Below, piece after piece: positions 18,618 through 27,443 of a DNA stretch of 47,697 nucleotides. The stretch is from assembly GCA_035506775.1 (NCBI GenBank), contig DATJOU010000195.1, positions 1 through 47,697 on the forward strand, given 5' to 3'. Each line of letters starts with the position of its first letter. The first letter of the stretch is position 1. The stretch is from Solirubrobacteraceae bacterium. GTDB taxonomy: Bacteria > Actinomycetota > Thermoleophilia > Solirubrobacterales > Solirubrobacteraceae. The notes under the pieces were generated by a model. That model saw only the letters and a list, made by a program, of their open reading frames with translations. It was not told the DNA's origin and made no database searches. Both the position numbers and the translations under genes were made by a program.

Positions 18618-18938
18618 ATGCGCCGGGGACTCCTGCTCGCAACCCTGCTCGCGTGCTCCGCGCCGCTGGCGGCCTGCGGCTCCTCGAAGTCGGGCAGCTC
18701 CGGGAGCCTCTCGACGGCCCAGACCAGGGCGGCGATCGAAGAAAGCATCCTCCGCGAGCGCCACCTGCACGCGGCCGTCACCTGCCCGGCCGAGGTGACC
18801 AAGGAAAAGGGCGCCACCTTCGAATGCCTGGCGGTGGCCACCAACGGCCAGCGGACCACCTTCCACGTGATCGAGGTCAACAGTCACGGGGGCGTGAGGT
18901 ACTCCTCGCCGCCCGCCCCGCCGCCGAGCGTCGAATAG
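18618..18938 (+). CDS. Small lipoprotein (DUF4333-like)
   Basis: LAAC-G lipobox; VTCP...KGATFEC pattern. Confidence 0.72.
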   Translation: MRRGLLLATLLACSAPLAACGSSKSGSSGSLSTAQTRAAIEESILRERHLHAAVTCPAEVTKEKGATFECLAVATNGQRTTFHVIEVNSHGGVRYSSPPAPPPSVE

Positions 18939-18950
18939 GCGGCGGCGCCC

Positions 18951-21419
18951 CTAGGTAGGACGCACGATCTCGATCCAGTCGAGCTCGCGGCCGCAGAGTT
19001 CGTGGGCCTGCGCGGGCGGGACCGTGATCAGGGCCCGGGGCGGTCGCACGGTCGGTTCGAGCGCGATCGCCGAGAGGTAGGTGAACTGACCCCAGCCGCT
19101 CCCGGGTGCGAGGCTGGGGTGTGGGTAGGTGAGCGCGATCGTGTGGACGCCCGGTTCCAGGAACACGGTCGTGACGTAGACGTAGCCGGCGAAGGCGAGC
19201 AGCTGGTTGCGGACGGTTCCGACGTGGCGGCCGTCGACGCTGACTTCGAAGCCGCGGGCGAAGCTCCCCCCCAGCCACAGTTCGTACGGTTCGGCGTGGG
19301 CCACGGCGATGTGGCTCACGGCCGTGCCCGGGAAGGTCGGCACGAGCGTGTGTTCTTCGGCTTCGTGCACCCAACCCGCGGGCCACAGCGTCTGGTCGCC
19401 GCGGGCCACGATCGGGGCGGGCCGCTGGTACGCGACGAGCTGCCCGTGCGCCGCGGCCGCGCGCCGTCCGAGGGCTTCGACCTCGCTGCACGGGGGAGTC
19501 CCGACGGGGTTGATCGAGCACACCGGCTGATAGGGGCCGTCCTGGGCCCGCCCGCAGTAGGGGAGCTTGAGCGATTCGCCCAGCGGGACGTGCTCCACGA
19601 TCGTGGTCGCGGGTTCGGCCGGGCGGCGCCACAGCTGGTAGTAGCGGCCCTCCCACACGAGGCGGTAGGTGGAGGGGGGCCGCGATTCGACCGGTGAGCG
19701 GCGGGTGACGATCGAGCGGTACGGTTCGAGCGTCGAGAGCCCGAACGAGTCGAGGTCGGCCCAGGCGGACTCGGTGAGGGCGAGACCGTCACGCAGGGGG
19801 AGGGTCACGTCGCGGTACTCGGCCGGCTCGACGGGGGCTCCTTCACGCAGGAAATGGCGGTCGGCGTAGACTTCGTACTCGTTCACGAAGGTGGGGCCGT
19901 TCCCGGCCAGGAGCGTGCCGATGTGCTGCAGCTCGGCGAGCGGGGCGCGGGGGGCGAGCGTGACGTCGTGGTAGGCGAGCGCGTTTGACCACAGCACCCC
20001 GCCGGCGAGGGCCACGATCACCAGCACCCCCGCCACGCGCCGCCACGCGAGCAAGAGCCCGCCGCCCACGAGCGCCGCCGTCAGCAGCGCGGGGGAGGAC
20101 AGTGCCAGCGCCTTCGCCGTCACCCAGGGGGTGCCACCGGACAGGTACACCGCGGCGCAGCCCACGAGCGCCACGCCGACGTAGAAGGGGATCCCGTAGC
20201 GCCGCCGGCGGATGGCGACGAACAGCGCCCCGCCCGCCGCCGCCAGCGTCAACCCGATCCACAGCACGCTCGGGATCGTCGGGGCGGTCAGGCGGAAGTC
20301 CCCGACGGGCCAGATGCCGGCGACCTGGAAGATGCTGAGCGGTCCGTAGAGGTTCCCGAGTTTGGTGTGCGTCGAGGCGCCGCTGGAGAACAGCTGGTGG
20401 ATGAGGTCGCCCTGGCCGCTGAAGAACTGCGACAGCACCACCCACAGCGGGATCACCGCCAGGGCCGTCAGCGCGGCCGCCCACCCGATCGAGACCAGCC
20501 CGGCGGTTCGCTCGCCGGATCCCCGCCGGCGCCACAGCCAGCCGCCGGCGAGCGCCAGGAGCGCCGCCAGGATCCACCCGGCCGCTCCCACGCCGAGCGT
20601 CTGGATCAGCCCTCCGGCGGCCACCGCGAGCGGGATCAGTGCCCGCCACCCCGGTGGGCGCTCGCGCAGCAGCAGCGCCCCCAGCGCGGCCCCCAGCGCC
20701 AGCAGGAACGCGGCCGTCAGCTCCTTGACGCCGCCCCACAGGCTGTACCCGTACAGCAGCGACGCCTGGGCGCCGAGGAACGCGAACAGCGCCCGCAGCC
20801 GCGGCGAGGCGATCAGCGGGGCCATCAGCGCGTACAGGCACAGCGCCACCGCGGCCGCACAGCAGGCCAGATAGGGCTGGAACACCCAGGCCACGTCGAT
20901 GCCCGTGAGCGCGTGCCCGAGCCCGGGGAGCATGAACGACCCCAGCGGGTAGGCGGGGTTGGCGGTTTCGAAGTTCAAGCGGTAGGTGGACAGCGGCAGC
21001 TGCGACACCGAGCGGCCGTGGCTGACGACGTTGTCGATCACGTTGAACCACGTGGAGGTGTCGTCGAGCTTGATGTAGCCGGTGAAGGTGGCCTGGCCGG
21101 AGGCCAGGACCGGGGCGCCGTACACGAGCAGCACGCCCAGCGCCGCCAGCAGCGGCCAGCCTCCGGGCCAGCGTCGCCCCCGCCAGGCGATCACGAGGCC
21201 TGCCACGGCGCCCACCGCCACGGCTGTGACGGCCGCCGGGGCGATCGCGCTGAAGGCGGTGATCGTGCCGGCGAGCACCAGTGCCGCCGCCAGTCCCAGC
21301 GGGATCAGCAGTGCGCCGTCGAGCTTCGTCGAGCTCGCGCGCTCCACCAACGTCCCCCAGCCCAGGCCGACGGCCGCGAGCACCAGCGGGAACAGTCCCC
21401 ACGCGAGGATCAGCGACAC
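18951..21419 (-). CDS. Large polytopic membrane protein, putative GT-C-fold glycosyltransferase with C-terminal extracytoplasmic domain
   Basis: More than 12 hydrophobic helices, acidic KLDD motif in an early loop, ~300-aa soluble C-terminus; GTG start 21419 inferred; GT-C call is inference. Confidence 0.65.
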   Translation of the reverse strand: MSLILAWGLFPLVLAAVGLGWGTLVERASSTKLDGALLIPLGLAAALVLAGTITAFSAIAPAAVTAVAVGAVAGLVIAWRGRRWPGGWPLLAALGVLLVYGAPVLASGQATFTGYIKLDDTSTWFNVIDNVVSHGRSVSQLPLSTYRLNFETANPAYPLGSFMLPGLGHALTGIDVAWVFQPYLACCAAAVALCLYALMAPLIASPRLRALFAFLGAQASLLYGYSLWGGVKELTAAFLLALGAALGALLLRERPPGWRALIPLAVAAGGLIQTLGVGAAGWILAALLALAGGWLWRRRGSGERTAGLVSIGWAAALTALAVIPLWVVLSQFFSGQGDLIHQLFSSGASTHTKLGNLYGPLSIFQVAGIWPVGDFRLTAPTIPSVLWIGLTLAAAGGALFVAIRRRRYGIPFYVGVALVGCAAVYLSGGTPWVTAKALALSSPALLTAALVGGGLLLAWRRVAGVLVIVALAGGVLWSNALAYHDVTLAPRAPLAELQHIGTLLAGNGPTFVNEYEVYADRHFLREGAPVEPAEYRDVTLPLRDGLALTESAWADLDSFGLSTLEPYRSIVTRRSPVESRPPSTYRLVWEGRYYQLWRRPAEPATTIVEHVPLGESLKLPYCGRAQDGPYQPVCSINPVGTPPCSEVEALGRRAAAAHGQLVAYQRPAPIVARGDQTLWPAGWVHEAEEHTLVPTFPGTAVSHIAVAHAEPYELWLGGSFARGFEVSVDGRHVGTVRNQLLAFAGYVYVTTVFLEPGVHTIALTYPHPSLAPGSGWGQFTYLSAIALEPTVRPPRALITVPPAQAHELCGRELDWIEIVRPT

Positions 21420-21478
21420 GGCGCGTCCACCGAGTGCCCTACGGTGAAGCCGCTCACCCGTCGATACCTTACTGGCAG

Positions 21479-22270
21479 ATGCCCGGGAAACTCGCGATAG
21501 TGCCCGCCCACAACGAGGCCGGCGCGGTCGGCCCCACGGTCGCCGAGATCCACCGCTGGGCACCGGATTTCGACGTCCTCGTGGTGGACGACGGCTCGAC
21601 CGACGCGACCGCCGTACGGGCCCGCGAGGCGGGCGCCACGGTGCTGACGATGCCGTTCAACCTCGGCATCGGCGGGGCGATGCAGGCCGGCTATCTGTAC
21701 GCCCGCGAGCACGGCTACGAGGTGGCCGTGCAGGTGGACGGGGACGGCCAGCACGACCCGCGCTACATCAAGGATCTCGCGGCCCGGCTGGCGTCCGACC
21801 CGTCGCTGGACATGGTCACCGGCTCGCGCTTCCTGGACAGCGACGGGAACGGCTACCGCTCCTCGGCCGCGAGGCGCATCGGGATCCGGGTGTTCTCGGG
21901 CGTGGTGTCGCGCATCACGAGGCGGCGGGTCACCGACCCCACCTCCGGCTTTCGCATGACCGACCGGCGCGGGATCGAGCTGTTCGCCCGTGACTACCCG
22001 CACGACTACCCCGAGATCGAGGCGATCCTGCTGATGCACGCCCACCGCCTCAACAGCTGCGAGATCCCGGTCACCATGCGAGCCCGGACGAGCGGCTCCT
22101 CGGCGATCTCCTCGAGCCAGTCGGTCTACTACATGGTCAAGGTCCTGCTGGCGGTCTTCGTCGGCCTGTTCCGCCGTCATCCGGCGCTCGACCAGCCGGA
22201 GACCCCGGGCGCCGAGGCAGCCGGGCGCGCGGAGGAGTGCCCACCGGTCGTCGCGGAGCGTCCCACGTGA
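21479..22270 (+). CDS. GT2, polyprenyl-phosphate sugar synthase-like (DPM1/PpgS family)
   Basis: IVPAHNEA, VDDGSTD, NLGIGGAMQAG, QVDGDGQHDP, GSRF, DPTSGFR. Confidence 0.9.
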   Translation: MPGKLAIVPAHNEAGAVGPTVAEIHRWAPDFDVLVVDDGSTDATAVRAREAGATVLTMPFNLGIGGAMQAGYLYAREHGYEVAVQVDGDGQHDPRYIKDLAARLASDPSLDMVTGSRFLDSDGNGYRSSAARRIGIRVFSGVVSRITRRRVTDPTSGFRMTDRRGIELFARDYPHDYPEIEAILLMHAHRLNSCEIPVTMRARTSGSSAISSSQSVYYMVKVLLAVFVGLFRRHPALDQPETPGAEAAGRAEECPPVVAERPT

Positions 22271-22698
22271 TCCTGCTCGCGACCAAGTACGCCAACTCGA
22301 CCGAGCAGCGCTTCGAGATCATCGCCGTGTCGGTGGTGATCTGCCTGGTGATCTTCGAGCTGATCAGGCGCCGGCGTCTGATGGAGCGCTACGCGATCCT
22401 GTGGCTGCTCGCGGGAGTGACGGTGGTGGTGCTGTCGGTCGGCCAGAGCCTGCTGGTGAAACTGACGCACGCGGCCGGCATCTCGTACGCGCCCTCGGCC
22501 GTGTTCGCGATCGCCTTTCTGTTCGTGCTGGCGATGCTGGTGCAGTTCTCGATGACGATCTCTCGCCTCTCCGACCAGAACACCGCTCTCGCCCAGCGCC
22601 TCGCACTCCTGCAGGAGCGCCTCGACCGCGAGCGGGACGACGCTCGCCCGCCGGCCCCCGGCGCGTCGCGGGTCACCCCGCCCGCGGATCGCCCCTGA
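22267..22698 (+). CDS. DUF2304 family membrane protein
   Basis: ELIRRRRLMERYAILWL, three TM helices, ISRLSDQNTALAQRLALL; GTGA-coupled to the GT2. Confidence 0.85.
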   Translation: MILLATKYANSTEQRFEIIAVSVVICLVIFELIRRRRLMERYAILWLLAGVTVVVLSVGQSLLVKLTHAAGISYAPSAVFAIAFLFVLAMLVQFSMTISRLSDQNTALAQRLALLQERLDRERDDARPPAPGASRVTPPADRP

Positions 22699-23527
22699 AG
22701 GGCGGGAAGGAGACCGGCGGACGCTCGAGGTCCGCAACCTGGTCCAGGGGGGCCGGGTTGACCAGCGACACCAGGCTGTCGCTGCGGTAGGGCAGCTCCA
22801 GCCCGGCGGCCTCCGCCAGCCGCAGCACGGCCAGCACGGCCGCCGTGGGCACCGGCAGGAAGCGCACGCTGGCGCCGCGGGCCGCCGCGATCTCGCCGGT
22901 CAGCGCGCGCAGGGTGGTCGGCCGCTCGTGGGCGGCGAAGATCACGCGGGGCCGCGGCCGGTCCTGGGGGGGCTCGCCGGCGAGCTGCGCGACCAGTCGT
23001 GCGAGGTGCTCGTCGTGGGTCACGAACAGGCGCTCCGATCCACCGACGATCGGCGTCGGCCCCCGCCCCGAGGCGCTCCCGGCGAGGCTCCCGAACAGGC
23101 CCCCGGGTGCGGCCCCGAACACCAGCCCCGGGCGCACCGACAGTCCTCCGCGGCGCTGGACCTCCTGCTCGAGCGCGAGCTTCGCCTGCCCGTACCGGGA
23201 GCGTGCCCCGGAGAACGCCGACAGCGATGAGATCAGCAGCACGCGTCCGCCGCGGGCGGCGGCGGCATCCAGCAGCGGCAGGCTTCCGCGGGCGTTCACC
23301 GCGGCGACCCGGCCCCCGCGCACGGACGCGTCCCAGGCCGCGTGGACGACCGTGTCGACGCCGTCGAGGACGCCGTCGGCGAGCGGCTCGTCGAGCGCAT
23401 AGTGGCGGGCGGGCCCGTCCTGCTCGTGGGGGCGGCGTACCAGCGCCACGGCTTCGGCCCCGTCCGCACGGAGGGCCGCCAGGATCCGGCCCCCGACGTA
23501 GCCGTTGGCCCCCGTGACCGCTATCAC
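22673..23527 (-). CDS. NAD(P)-dependent epimerase/dehydratase family (extended SDR)
   Basis: IAVTGANGYVG, VVHAAW, LISSLSA, YGQAK, RPGLVFG; GTG 23527 overlaps the upstream stop. Confidence 0.87.
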   Translation of the reverse strand: MIAVTGANGYVGGRILAALRADGAEAVALVRRPHEQDGPARHYALDEPLADGVLDGVDTVVHAAWDASVRGGRVAAVNARGSLPLLDAAAARGGRVLLISSLSAFSGARSRYGQAKLALEQEVQRRGGLSVRPGLVFGAAPGGLFGSLAGSASGRGPTPIVGGSERLFVTHDEHLARLVAQLAGEPPQDRPRPRVIFAAHERPTTLRALTGEIAAARGASVRFLPVPTAAVLAVLRLAEAAGLELPYRSDSLVSLVNPAPLDQVADLERPPVSFPPFRGDPRAG

Positions 23528-25095
23528 GACGACCCGGAGGTCGTCGTGGCCGTCGCGATGCGGTGTGCGTTGGCCATCGCGGTGAGCGTGATCGCGCCAC
23601 CCGGCACCGACGGGAAGCACGACGAGTCGACCACGTGGATCCTGTCCGCGCCCGCCGGGCGCCCGAGCGTGTCGCTCTGCCCGGAGCCAGGCCGCCGGTG
23701 CATCGGCGCCGAGCCGCCGTAGTGGTAGCCACCGCCGACGGGGGCGTGCTCGGCGAACGGCATCAAGGGGACGATCCCGAGCGGCGCCAGGGAGCGGCGC
23801 AGCGCCCGCGAGAAGCGCCGCACGGTGGCGGTCCGGTCCACCTTTCGGAGCGTCTCCAGGCGTCCGGATTCGCTGCCCGTGTCCCACACGCTGAGGATGC
23901 TGTCGGAGTCGTCACTGTGGAAGAAGCAGATCGCGACCAGCAGGCGGCGCGCGAGCAACTCCAGCCCGGGGCCGAGCGCGCGGCTGATGTGGGGGTGGGC
24001 CTCGCGGGCCCGCTCCGCCACGCCGCCGCTGTAGGAGTAGAAGGTGAGGTGGACGGGGCTCGCCGAGACCTCCCGGTCTTCGAGCACCATCGTCACCTGG
24101 GCGAGGGTATGGCCGGGCTCGCGGCCGGTGCGCCCGACGGGTCCGATCCAGGCGAACGGCACGTAGAGCGCCCGGCTGTCCAGGATCTCGCGGCGCTCGG
24201 GGAGCAGCCCGGAGCGTTGCAGGATGACCGTGCTGGAGATCGCCCCCGCGGCCAGGAAGACCCGCCCGCAGCGCAGGGTCACGCTCCCGCCGTCGGCGAC
24301 CTGCGTGGCATCCACGGTGACGCCGTCGCCGTTCTCGCGCAGGCGGTCCACGTGCAGGCCTCCCCGATACTCGACGGTCCCTCCGCCGGTGAGCGCGGAG
24401 ATCGTCTGAAAGCCGCTGTAGATGTGACCGTACGGGCAGCCGTCGAGGCAGTGGCCGCAGTACACGCAGCCCTTCCAGGGGGCCGGGTGGCCGACCCGAA
24501 CCGCGAGCCTGGGAGCCCCGAACGCGTATCCCGCCGCCCCGAGCGAGCCCGAGTGGCGGCCCAGGCGTGCGAGCAGCTCCTCACCGGCACGGGTGCGCAG
24601 CAGCGGTCCGTCGGGGTTCCGGTGGAGCGGGTAGCGCTGCGCGAGCCCGTCGTCCTCGGCCGCGAACGGGAGCAGCTCCAGGGCGGCGCGGTAGCCGGCG
24701 TCGAGGTCCGTCCTGGAGATCGGCCAGTCGCCCAGCTCCTGCTCGGTGTAGGGCAGCAGCCCCGACCCCCAGACGTTGCTGAGGCCGCCCGCGGCGTAGG
24801 AGGGTCGCGCACCCACGTCCGCGGAGATCTGCAGCGGAAGCACCCCGTCGTCTCTGAAGGCGAGGTCGGAGCCGAACAGCTGCTTGTAGTTGGAGCCCCG
24901 CTGCTCGTGTCCGGTGAACGACGTCAGCGCGAGGTCCTGGGCACGCCACCGCGCCGGAGGGGTGCTCGCCATCCGCAGGCGGGCCGCCTCGCGGTCCGGC
25001 TCGAGCGTGAGGCCGGTGTCGATCACCGTCACGCGACGGCCGGCTGCGGCGAGGGCGCTCGCGGCGGCGGCCCCGGCGGGGCCGGAGCCGATCAC
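23524..25095 (-). CDS. GMC-family FAD-dependent oxidoreductase with Cys cluster
   Basis: IGSGPAG, GGLSNVWG, CVYCGHCLDGCP, LAAGAISS, YHYGG, VVDSSCFP, TLTAMANA; true start may lie a few codons upstream. Confidence 0.85.
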   Translation of the reverse strand: MIGSGPAGAAAASALAAAGRRVTVIDTGLTLEPDREAARLRMASTPPARWRAQDLALTSFTGHEQRGSNYKQLFGSDLAFRDDGVLPLQISADVGARPSYAAGGLSNVWGSGLLPYTEQELGDWPISRTDLDAGYRAALELLPFAAEDDGLAQRYPLHRNPDGPLLRTRAGEELLARLGRHSGSLGAAGYAFGAPRLAVRVGHPAPWKGCVYCGHCLDGCPYGHIYSGFQTISALTGGGTVEYRGGLHVDRLRENGDGVTVDATQVADGGSVTLRCGRVFLAAGAISSTVILQRSGLLPERREILDSRALYVPFAWIGPVGRTGREPGHTLAQVTMVLEDREVSASPVHLTFYSYSGGVAERAREAHPHISRALGPGLELLARRLLVAICFFHSDDSDSILSVWDTGSESGRLETLRKVDRTATVRRFSRALRRSLAPLGIVPLMPFAEHAPVGGGYHYGGSAPMHRRPGSGQSDTLGRPAGADRIHVVDSSCFPSVPGGAITLTAMANAHRIATATTTSGSS

Positions 25096-25116
25096 GAGCC
25101 AGGGCTCAGAAATGGG

Positions 25117-25578
25117 TCACCGCGGGACGTGGAAGATCCACCAGCGCACGACCGTGAACCCCACCAGTGACATCACCAACGCGGTCACCACGAACACGAG
25201 CTGCTGGGACACCCCCAGCGCACCGGGGACGGTGGTCACGATCAGGCTCGTGAGCGCGTAGTTGCACGCGGCGGCGATCAGGTAGCGGATGAACTGGGTC
25301 CTCGCCCCGAGCGCGAAGGTGTCGTGGTCGAAGAACACGAAGTGGCGCTGCATCGTGAAGTTCACCATCAGCGCCACGGTGAACGCGATCCCGATCGCCA
25401 GCACGATCGGAAGTCCGAGCGGCCCGGACAGCAGCAGCGTGCCGCCGGTGTAGATGCCGAACACGATCGCGCCCGTGAGGCCAAAGCGCACGAGCTGCAG
25501 CGTCATCTGCCGATACGGGGCCACCCTCGGAGCGGCCGGGGGACGTTCTGGCGCGCGAACCCCCACCTGCTCGGTCAT
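25117..25578 (-). CDS. GtrA family polyprenyl-phospho-sugar translocase
   Basis: QLVRFGLTG, VNFTMQRHFVF, QFIRY, four TM helices, RWWIF. Confidence 0.88.
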   Translation of the reverse strand: MTEQVGVRAPERPPAAPRVAPYRQMTLQLVRFGLTGAIVFGIYTGGTLLLSGPLGLPIVLAIGIAFTVALMVNFTMQRHFVFFDHDTFALGARTQFIRYLIAAACNYALTSLIVTTVPGALGVSQQLVFVVTALVMSLVGFTVVRWWIFHVPR

Positions 25579-25589
25579 GGCTCAATGGT

Positions 25590-26492
25590 ATGACCTCGAC
25601 GGATGGGCCCTCAGACCGGGACAGCCCCGAGGCGGGAGCGTGCACCGTCGCGCTGACCGTCACATTCGACCTCGAGGACAGCCGCGGCTCGCCCGCCCAG
25701 GAGCCACGGTACGTCGAGATGGGCCACCGCTTCCTGGACTTCCTGCAGCAGCGGAGCATCAGGGCGACGGTGTTCGTGGTCGGCGAGCTGGCCGCGGCTG
25801 CCCCCGAGCTCGTCCGGCGGGTGGCCTCGGACGGCCACGAGCTGGGCCTGCACGGCCTGCGCCACGTGACACTCGAGGACGTCGGGCGCGAGCACCTGCG
25901 ACGGGAGCTCGAGCAGGGGCGGGCCCTGCTGGAGGACGCCGGCGGGGTGGCGGTGGGCGGCTTTCGCGCCCCGATCTTCTCCCTCACCCCCGCCAGTGCG
26001 TGGGCCGTCGAGGAGATCGCCGCGGCCGGTTTCGCCTACTCCTCGAGCGTCCTCCCCGGACGCAACCCGCTGCACGGCTGGCCGGGGGCACCGCGCCGGC
26101 CCTTCCGCTGGCACAACGGCCTGCTGGAGCTCCCCTGCCCGGTGGCCGGAGCCGGAAAGCTCCAGGTTCCGTTCCTGGGAGGCATCTACATGCGCTACTT
26201 CCCGGTGGCGCTCTCACGCCGGCTGGTGCGACGCGCCGGCCGGGAGTCGATCCTGTGGAGCTACGTGCATCCCTACGACATCGACACGGACGAGCCCTTC
26301 TCGGTGATGCCCCACGCGGGATGGGTGGTGAGCCGCATCGTCCACACCCGCCGGGGGGTCACGCTGGGCAGGCTCGAGGCGGTGCTCGCGGCGGCGGGAG
26401 GGGCCGGCAGGCCGCTGGGCGAGATCGCCGCCGAGCTGGACCCCTCCCGCCTGCCGACGATGACGGCGGGAGAACCGAGGCCGGGCACGTGA
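25590..26492 (+). CDS. Polysaccharide deacetylase (CE4, DUF3473-associated type)
   Basis: TFDLED, ATVFVVG, GHELGLHGLRH, GFRAPIFSL, GGIYMR, YVHPYDID. Confidence 0.9.
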   Translation: MTSTDGPSDRDSPEAGACTVALTVTFDLEDSRGSPAQEPRYVEMGHRFLDFLQQRSIRATVFVVGELAAAAPELVRRVASDGHELGLHGLRHVTLEDVGREHLRRELEQGRALLEDAGGVAVGGFRAPIFSLTPASAWAVEEIAAAGFAYSSSVLPGRNPLHGWPGAPRRPFRWHNGLLELPCPVAGAGKLQVPFLGGIYMRYFPVALSRRLVRRAGRESILWSYVHPYDIDTDEPFSVMPHAGWVVSRIVHTRRGVTLGRLEAVLAAAGGAGRPLGEIAAELDPSRLPTMTAGEPRPGT

Positions 26493-27394
26493 ACGGGCCG
26501 GCGGCGACCGCGCAGCTGCTGGCGGAGGTGTTTCCGCACAGCCACATCGCGAACGTCGACTACCTGCGCTGGCTGTACGAGGAATCGCCCTTCGGGCCGG
26601 TGGTGGAGTCGAACCTCGACGATGACCGGGGCCGCGTCGGACACTACGCCCTGGTCCCGATCGCGCTGGCCCGCGACGGGGTCGACTACCCGGCCGCGCT
26701 GTCGCTCAACACGGCCGTGCACGAGCGTGGACGGGGCGGCGGGGTGTTCGTCGAGCTCGGGGAGCGGACGGTCGCCAAGGCGGCCGAGATGGGCCTCGAG
26801 AGCGTCGTCGGGGTCGCCAACGCGAACTCCACCCCCGGCTTCGTCAGGCGGCTCGGCTTCGAGCTCCTGACGCCGCTGCCGGCGAGGATGGTCACGCCGC
26901 TGCCGGGGACCTCCGCCGGGATCCACAGCGCCGAGGTCCGCTACGGCTCGGGCGGCTGGGAGCTCGGACCGGAGGACGACGCGGTGCTCTCCGTCCCGCG
27001 CCGCGGTGAAGCGCGTCGCTGGACCGCGCAGACGCTGGCCTGGAGGCTGCGCCGACCGCGGGCCGGCTATGCGGTCCACCGCGGGCCCGGGCTGCTCGCG
27101 TTCACCTGCCTGGAGCGCCGCGCCGGGCTGCGCATCGCCGTCCTCCTGAAGGTGTTCGCGGCGGCCCCGCTCTCCGGTGGGGAGTGCCGCGCCCTGGTGC
27201 GCGCGGCCTGCCGCCATCATCGCGCTCCCTTCGCCCTCCACGCCGGCCTGAACGACCTCGTCGACTTCGGTGGCATCGCGGTGCCGAGACGGCTGCGGAC
27301 CTCGCCTCTGAACCTGATCTACCGCAGCCTCGTGACACCCCCGCGTGAGGCCTCGATCGTGCGCTTCGAGTTCCTCGACTTCGACGCCTATTGA
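26489..27394 (+). CDS. GNAT family N-acyltransferase
   Basis: YLRWLYEESPFG, LSLNTAVHERGRGGGVF (acetyl-CoA motif A), GVANANSTPGF; GTGA overlap. Confidence 0.8.
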   Translation: MNGPAATAQLLAEVFPHSHIANVDYLRWLYEESPFGPVVESNLDDDRGRVGHYALVPIALARDGVDYPAALSLNTAVHERGRGGGVFVELGERTVAKAAEMGLESVVGVANANSTPGFVRRLGFELLTPLPARMVTPLPGTSAGIHSAEVRYGSGGWELGPEDDAVLSVPRRGEARRWTAQTLAWRLRRPRAGYAVHRGPGLLAFTCLERRAGLRIAVLLKVFAAAPLSGGECRALVRAACRHHRAPFALHAGLNDLVDFGGIAVPRRLRTSPLNLIYRSLVTPPREASIVRFEFLDFDAY

Positions 27395-27443
27395 GGCCGG
27401 GGGGGACGTGGCCCGGCCCGCAGCAAGGGGTATCGTGGGCGAC

